This document shows positions 58,543 to 64,000 of a stretch of DNA of 64,000 bases, piece by piece; the stretch's first letter is position 1; each line of letters starts with the position of its first letter. Location: the NCBI GenBank assembly GCA_963662585.1, contig OY759729.1, forward strand, positions 1,408,001-1,472,000, written 5' to 3'. The notes beneath the pieces were generated by a model. The model was not told the DNA's origin. It saw only the letters and a program-made list of their open reading frames with translations, and did not search any database. Position numbers and translations under genes: made by a program. This DNA is from Candidatus Cloacimonadales bacterium. GTDB taxonomy: Bacteria; Cloacimonadota; Cloacimonadia; Cloacimonadales; JAFGVF01.

Positions 58543-61282
58543 ATTAAATATAAATGAAAGAAGTTGGGCAATTGAAGTAATCATTGAAATAAATAGATAT
58601 TTAAATAATAAAACTTGGATTATTTCCACTGCTGGAGGTGAAAATTCCCTTAGATTTGATAAAAGGACGCTATTCCCAGATTTATTACTATTTAAAGACA
58701 AGAATAAAAGCTGTATTCTACATGGCTGGGAATTAAAAATGCCCGATACACCTATTGATGATAATGAGTTTATATCTAATGCTAAGCTTAAAGCTAATAT
58801 TTTAGGTAGAAATAGCTTTCTTCTATGGAATGTTACATCGGCTCAACTATATGTTAAAGATAATGATGATTTCGAAGTTAAAAAAACTTGGGAACTAAAC
58901 GAAATAAAATCAAGAAATGATGTAAAAACTAAAGAATTGCTTTGGAAGCAACTTTTGCATAGCATTATTGAATATTTAAATTCATTTTTTTTATCAAGTA
59001 ATAGTAGTAAGCAAACTGATCATTTCATGTCAGTTGATAAAGTATTCGATATAGTATTAACCAATGCTACAGAAACAAAACTAAACCTGAAACAAAATAT
59101 CAGCAAAAATAATATTTTGGAAGCTGAAATAGACAACTGGTGGAGAAATACTGCTACAGAACATGGATGTAAATTCGCTGATGTTGAAGATAAATTAAAC
59201 TCCTTAAGTAAAATTATTCTTACAGATTGGGTAATAAAAATCATATTCGCGAATATGATTAAAAGAAATCACAACCATGCGTTATTGATTGAGAGTATTA
59301 ATGACTCAACAGATATTAATGAAGCTCTCCAAATTATTGTGAATATTTCTAAGAAGTGTAACTTTTGGAATATTTTTAAACCTCATTTTGCCCAATTACT
59401 TATTGATGATAAATCATGGAATAAATTAAAACAATTAAATTCATTTCTAAATTCAATTAATATTATAGATGTCGATTCAACTGTAATACAATCGTTGTTA
59501 GAAGAGTCAATTCAAGTTAGTAAAAGGAAGATTTTAGGTCAATTTACTACCCCAAAAAAACTTGCAGAGCTGTTAGTAAGAATTACCATGACTGATAAAA
59601 ATTTAACTGTGATGGACCCTTGTTGTGGAACAGGAACTATTGTTAAAGAAATCATGAATATAAAAAGAGAATATAATATTAATGAAAAAAAGATAATTAC
59701 CAATACTTGGGCTTCAGATAAATATTCTTTTCCGCTTCAACTAAGCACATTATCCTTGACTAATCTTGAACATTATGGTCATGTTTTAAATATTCATAAT
59801 TCCGATGTTTTTGAGCTTAAAATTGACAGCCCTATTGATTTTAGAAATCCATATAATGGCGAAATAATTAGCAAATCTTTACCTGAAATTGATTATATTA
59901 TTTCAAATTTACCTTTTATTGATAATAGTAACTTAAACAGTTATAGAAATAGCATATCTAATATTGAAAAAAAAATTTCTGAAGCTTTAAAAAAGACAAC
60001 AACTTTTAATAGAAGGTCTGATTTGTTTGTTTATATAACATTTTATCTTCATAGCATTTTATCTAGTAATGGAAGAATTGGACTAATCCTGTCTAACGCA
60101 TGGTTAGGCACAGAATATGGAAAACAATTTGTAGAGATATTACAACAATTCTACACATTAAACTATATCATTATTTCTGGAAATAAGAAATGGTTCAATA
60201 ATGCTAATGTTATAACATGTATATTAATAGCAACCAAAAAAGATACTATAATAAATACCACCGAATCAGAAGAACTTAGCTTTTGTATTTTAACAAAACC
60301 GATTAATGATTATAATGACATAAAATCTATTTCAGAAAAGATCTTAATGAAAGTATCTTCTGATAATGTTAGGATAATCAATAGAAAAAATGAATCTATT
60401 AACAAATTAGAGGAAATTGGCTTTTCATGGTCAAGTTTATTTGTTGATTTGAATTGGTACAATGAATTGAGCAAGACCATGATCAATGCTAATGAGATAT
60501 TTGATATTTTCAGAGGAGAAAGACGTGGCTGGAATAAGCTATTTTATCCTTCAAGTGATTCAACTATAGAAAAAGAGAATTTGATGCCTTTAGTAAAGAA
60601 TTTTAAAAATACAAAAGGTTTAACATGTATTCCTAATAAAACAGCATTTTGTTGTAACTTATCGATTGATGAACTAAAAAAACAAAACTCTACCCATACA
60701 CTTGCATGGATTAATAGATTTTATAACTTAACCAATAACAGTAATCAACTTCTCCGAGACGTCCTAAAAACTCCGACCTTAAAATGGTATCAAATGGACC
60801 CAGATAATTCTGCTGATTATGCCTGCAATATTAATTTTGCTGACAGCCTATTCATAGCTTATTTACCCAAGAAATCAATAATAGATCAAAGGATGATTGG
60901 TTTTTCTCTAAAACAAAGCACATCTTTTAAAAATAAGATACTGTTATTAGCCTTGTTAAACTCAACTATTAGTATGTTTTTCATTGAGAGTTCCGGATTT
61001 GGCAGAGGTTTAGGAGCTTTAGATTTAAATTCAACTAAAATAAGGGAAAATTTTAAATTATTAAATCCATATTTATTAACAGACAAAGCTAAAAGTAGTA
61101 TAATTAAATCATTTACCCCTTTGCTTAATAGAAATCGGAAACCATTGGTTGAAGAACTAGCCTCACCAGATAGGAAGCATTTTGAAAAAAGTATAATTAA
61201 AGCTTTTAATATAAATGAATCTTCATTTAATTCTATCGAGCAGTCATTACGAGATTTATATGCAATTAGAAATGTTAATTAG
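58535..61282 (+). CDS. Type IIG-like fused restriction endonuclease / gamma-class N6 methyltransferase
   Basis: N-terminal FPDLLLF...GWELK (PD-(D/E)xK), GQFTTP, DPCCGTG, SNLPF, C-terminal TRD-like region; TTG start overlaps the upstream MTase. Confidence 0.78.
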   Translation: MSRLNINERSWAIEVIIEINRYLNNKTWIISTAGGENSLRFDKRTLFPDLLLFKDKNKSCILHGWELKMPDTPIDDNEFISNAKLKANILGRNSFLLWNVTSAQLYVKDNDDFEVKKTWELNEIKSRNDVKTKELLWKQLLHSIIEYLNSFFLSSNSSKQTDHFMSVDKVFDIVLTNATETKLNLKQNISKNNILEAEIDNWWRNTATEHGCKFADVEDKLNSLSKIILTDWVIKIIFANMIKRNHNHALLIESINDSTDINEALQIIVNISKKCNFWNIFKPHFAQLLIDDKSWNKLKQLNSFLNSINIIDVDSTVIQSLLEESIQVSKRKILGQFTTPKKLAELLVRITMTDKNLTVMDPCCGTGTIVKEIMNIKREYNINEKKIITNTWASDKYSFPLQLSTLSLTNLEHYGHVLNIHNSDVFELKIDSPIDFRNPYNGEIISKSLPEIDYIISNLPFIDNSNLNSYRNSISNIEKKISEALKKTTTFNRRSDLFVYITFYLHSILSSNGRIGLILSNAWLGTEYGKQFVEILQQFYTLNYIIISGNKKWFNNANVITCILIATKKDTIINTTESEELSFCILTKPINDYNDIKSISEKILMKVSSDNVRIINRKNESINKLEEIGFSWSSLFVDLNWYNELSKTMINANEIFDIFRGERRGWNKLFYPSSDSTIEKENLMPLVKNFKNTKGLTCIPNKTAFCCNLSIDELKKQNSTHTLAWINRFYNLTNNSNQLLRDVLKTPTLKWYQMDPDNSADYACNINFADSLFIAYLPKKSIIDQRMIGFSLKQSTSFKNKILLLALLNSTISMFFIESSGFGRGLGALDLNSTKIRENFKLLNPYLLTDKAKSSIIKSFTPLLNRNRKPLVEELASPDRKHFEKSIIKAFNINESSFNSIEQSLRDLYAIRNVN

Positions 61283-61401
61283 TAACAATTAATTAATGTT
61301 CAATTTTGAGATAAATATATGAATAAGTGGCTTACAAAATATCCCAAAGATAGACTAAATGATAACCCCCTACAAGATTCACATACGCAAAGCATATTAC
61401 C

Positions 61402-63669
61402 CTATTTCATCAAAATCATTTTCTTCACTATTTCTTCTCCTCCACTTTTTACCTTATAAAAATAATTTCCTGAGCTAACTTGTTTACCATCTTCATTATC
61501 ACCTTGCCAAATAATCTTATGCGCACCTGCTTCTTGAGTCTCATTAAGCAAGCTTTTAACTTTCTGACCTTTGAGGTTATAAATATCAACAGATACATTT
61601 CCTTGTTGCGAAATATCATAGGAGATGGTTGTTTGAGGATTAAAAGGATTAGGGTAATTAGTTGCATTGAGAGTGACTGGAGTTATTTCTAGGTCGCCGT
61701 TAGGGGTAGCTTGGCAGGAGTAAACATCGACTCCTCGAGGAGAACAGAGGAAAACTGTAAACTGATCTGGTCCTTGGGGTAGGATTTCGAAATCCCAAGT
61801 TTGACGATGGTTATAAATATCTCCAACTCTAATAAATTCATCTCCAACTTTCTTGTAAATGTTAAAGTAACTCATATTTTCATAGAAGCAGTACTGACTT
61901 CCATTGACACTATCACTACCAGTATAAAAATAATAATCATCATATCTTCCCACCAAACTGTTAATAAGATATGGATTTAAGTCAATTTCTGCTGTAAAAT
62001 TTACTGGATCAACATCTAGATCATAGATTTTTGATATTCCATCACCACTCGAGCTCCCTATTGTAAGCAGACCATCCTTGATCCCCCAATAATTAACAAA
62101 GGAGTTGTTATTATTCGTCCAAAAAGTCGTATTTACTAAATCTAAACTATCCTCTTCTTTAGAATATACTTCAAGCAAACCAGAATATGAAAGTCTATAA
62201 AAATAGCTATTATAATAGAACCATCTATTACTGACAACTGGTTCATCTACTCCGTCTGTTAAGACATCATGAAATATTCCATCTTCATAACTGACCCAGT
62301 ATATATTTTCCCCAAAAGTATATACCAAGTCTTGTCCATTCCACAGATTGATAGCTAGGTAGTTTTGCCGATCTTTAAGGAAATCTGACAACTGATATGT
62401 ATCAATATAGTTGAAATTATTGTCTGAAAAGCTATAAAGTTCAAAAGCACCTTCGATAAAATTCCTTTTTACTACAAAATGATTGTTATCTTCGTCGAAC
62501 CAAAAATAGGTTCCTAGCGAGTCTTCAGTTTCAATTTTAGTAATATTATCTATGTTACTTATATCGAATAGATTATTACAACCTATTACATTCAAATAAT
62601 TCACATAAAGCTTATTGTTAAATCTGTTACTAATAGATGCCCCTCTACTATATTTTAAAATAGCATAATCAGTTAAAAAATTATTAAAATTAGTGTAAAT
62701 TACACCAAAATTATTAATTACCAATAAAAAATTATCGTTCCACTGGATAATATCAAAAATTCTAAAAGTTTTATATTGACCAAGCTCAGGAAAGAATTCA
62801 TAGTTACCTATTTCAATAATATTATCAATATCGCTAATATCATAATAAGTTAAATACTGGCTATAAGGAGCAATCTCATTGAATGATGGTGCGATCAGAG
62901 TATTATCGAAAACAAAGAGCCCTGGCAATTCCAATTCAGCTGGATGTTCCATAGCAAAAGTTCTTTCAAAAGTAAGGGAATCAGCAATAGAGTAAAAATC
63001 AATGAATTGTTGATAGCAATATAATAGTTTTTCATCTTGGATAATTGGTCTTCCAAAATTAGATCCTAAGCTTTTTTCTCTAACCAAATGCCCGTCACTA
63101 TCTAAATAACATAAGTAAAAATTTTCTTCATTCTGTGAATCAATCGTAAAATAATCCGAGTCTTCAATATTATGTGTTAATGAAAAATTTTGGTATGTAT
63201 TGAGTAATTCTAATGTGTCTAAGCTATATACCTGCACTTGATTCTGAAATCCTAAAATTATAGCATTCTCCTTTAAAAATACCTTATAAAGATTAGTATA
63301 TATCTGATGAATTAATTGAGGTTCTTCAATATTGCTTATATCATAGATATTTACAACATCATTGTGAAAAGAATCTTCCTCTGTATTTGTCAGAACTATA
63401 GCCATCATATCTCCATATAGATCAGCGTTAAATACCATTGGAAAATCGTAAGAAGCTACTTCTGTTAAATCATCTTCAGTTGTTTCATAAATAGAGACTC
63501 CATAACTGTCAATTAACAGAACTCTATTACCATTTTTCACCACATTATTTCCTAGAATAGGAGCTGAGTAGCCATCATACAACATATCAATATGCTGAAA
63601 ATCAAGCTCGCAATACAAACTATTTAATGAGATTAACATTAAAATAATCACATATCTATATCTTTTCAT
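61402..63669 (-). CDS. Secreted beta-propeller-like protein with CTD
   Basis: Signal peptide, YDISNIxxP-type repeats, NYPNPFNPQT...KKMILMK. Confidence 0.78.
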   Translation of the reverse strand: MKRYRYVIILMLISLNSLYCELDFQHIDMLYDGYSAPILGNNVVKNGNRVLLIDSYGVSIYETTEDDLTEVASYDFPMVFNADLYGDMMAIVLTNTEEDSFHNDVVNIYDISNIEEPQLIHQIYTNLYKVFLKENAIILGFQNQVQVYSLDTLELLNTYQNFSLTHNIEDSDYFTIDSQNEENFYLCYLDSDGHLVREKSLGSNFGRPIIQDEKLLYCYQQFIDFYSIADSLTFERTFAMEHPAELELPGLFVFDNTLIAPSFNEIAPYSQYLTYYDISDIDNIIEIGNYEFFPELGQYKTFRIFDIIQWNDNFLLVINNFGVIYTNFNNFLTDYAILKYSRGASISNRFNNKLYVNYLNVIGCNNLFDISNIDNITKIETEDSLGTYFWFDEDNNHFVVKRNFIEGAFELYSFSDNNFNYIDTYQLSDFLKDRQNYLAINLWNGQDLVYTFGENIYWVSYEDGIFHDVLTDGVDEPVVSNRWFYYNSYFYRLSYSGLLEVYSKEEDSLDLVNTTFWTNNNNSFVNYWGIKDGLLTIGSSSGDGISKIYDLDVDPVNFTAEIDLNPYLINSLVGRYDDYYFYTGSDSVNGSQYCFYENMSYFNIYKKVGDEFIRVGDIYNHRQTWDFEILPQGPDQFTVFLCSPRGVDVYSCQATPNGDLEITPVTLNATNYPNPFNPQTTISYDISQQGNVSVDIYNLKGQKVKSLLNETQEAGAHKIIWQGDNEDGKQVSSGNYFYKVKSGGEEIVKKMILMK

Positions 63670-63687
63670 TTATTTCTCCTTTTGAAC

Positions 63688-63713
63688 GATTGGGTAGAGG
63701 ACCCTACCCAATC
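63688..63713. other. Intergenic hairpin (10-bp stem) between CTD genes
   Basis: gattgggtag / ctacccaatc. Confidence 0.6.
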
Positions 63714-63764
63714 ATTAAACTTCTTATAAATTTCCTGGATCTTGCGGCGTATTGTCATATAATG

Positions 63765-64000
63765 CTATTTCATCAGCAACATCTTCTTCACTATTTCTTT
63801 TCCCCCACTTTTTACTTTATAAAAATAATTTCCTGAACTAACTTGCTTACCATCTTCATTATCACCTTGCCAAATAATCTTATACTGTCCCGCTTCTTGA
63901 GTCTCGTTAAGCAAGCTTTTAACCTTCTGTCCTTTGAGGTTATAAATATCGACAGAGACATTTCCTTGCTTAGATATATCATAGGAGATGGTTGTTTCAG
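63765..64000 (-). CDS. 3' end (CTD) of another secreted protein, continuing beyond the window
   Basis: Manual translation ETTISYDISKQGNVSVDIYNLKGQKVKSLL...KKMLLMK*; closely similar to the CTD of 61402-63669. Confidence 0.85.
   Translation of the reverse strand, partial: ETTISYDISKQGNVSVDIYNLKGQKVKSLLNETQEAGQYKIIWQGDNEDGKQVSSGNYFYKVKSGGKEIVKKMLLMK

Noticed and set aside
668..61692. Other short ORF-track entries overlapping long genes (e.g. 668-859, 1734-2030, 20786-21115, 39846-40157, 58034-58240)
   Set aside because: Antisense or out-of-frame shadows of well-supported genes, with no recognisable motifs.
1..64000. tRNA, rRNA, transposase or prophage genes
   Set aside because: None recognisable by eye; a tRNAscan/Infernal/ISEScan run would be needed to exclude them formally.

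Overview
AT-rich bacterial chromosome segment. The many secreted proteins ending in an NYPNPFNPET...KKM(L/V)LMK FlgD-Ig/T9SS-like sorting domain (CTD), together with a PorV-like gene, a gingipain-like C25 protease and anaerobe oxidative-stress genes, suggest a Candidatus Cloacimonadota-like anaerobe (inference). Contents in order: start of the S10 ribosomal operon; a C25 protease; a mosaic array of four CTD cargo genes; an anti-sigma-less ECF sigma factor with a C-terminal extension; ABC-F; phnDCE; a Dfx/rubrerythrin/rubredoxin operon; glyQ; envelope genes (bamD, cpoB-like); an M6-like/porV/S8 operon; a membrane pyrophosphatase; Fic; a PTS-EIIA/CBS protein plus permease; a two-gene restriction-modification locus; and more CTD genes. 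The top candidate for a new system is a non-coding cassette present three times (ECF-type promoter TGTCAGA-N16-CGTCTA, an approximately 70-nt CU-rich RNA, and a terminator hairpin). It is interleaved with the cargo genes, and its conserved seed is complementary to the ribosome-binding site of the neighbouring ECF sigma gene, which suggests an sRNA feedback loop standing in for an anti-sigma. Other notable items are CTD/body shuffling among cargo paralogs, nested approximately 30-bp palindromic insertions, a REP-derived 17-bp tandem array, a dispersed long-hairpin family, and an M6 protease homolog that has lost HExxH. No rRNA, tRNA, CRISPR array, transposase or integrase was seen.
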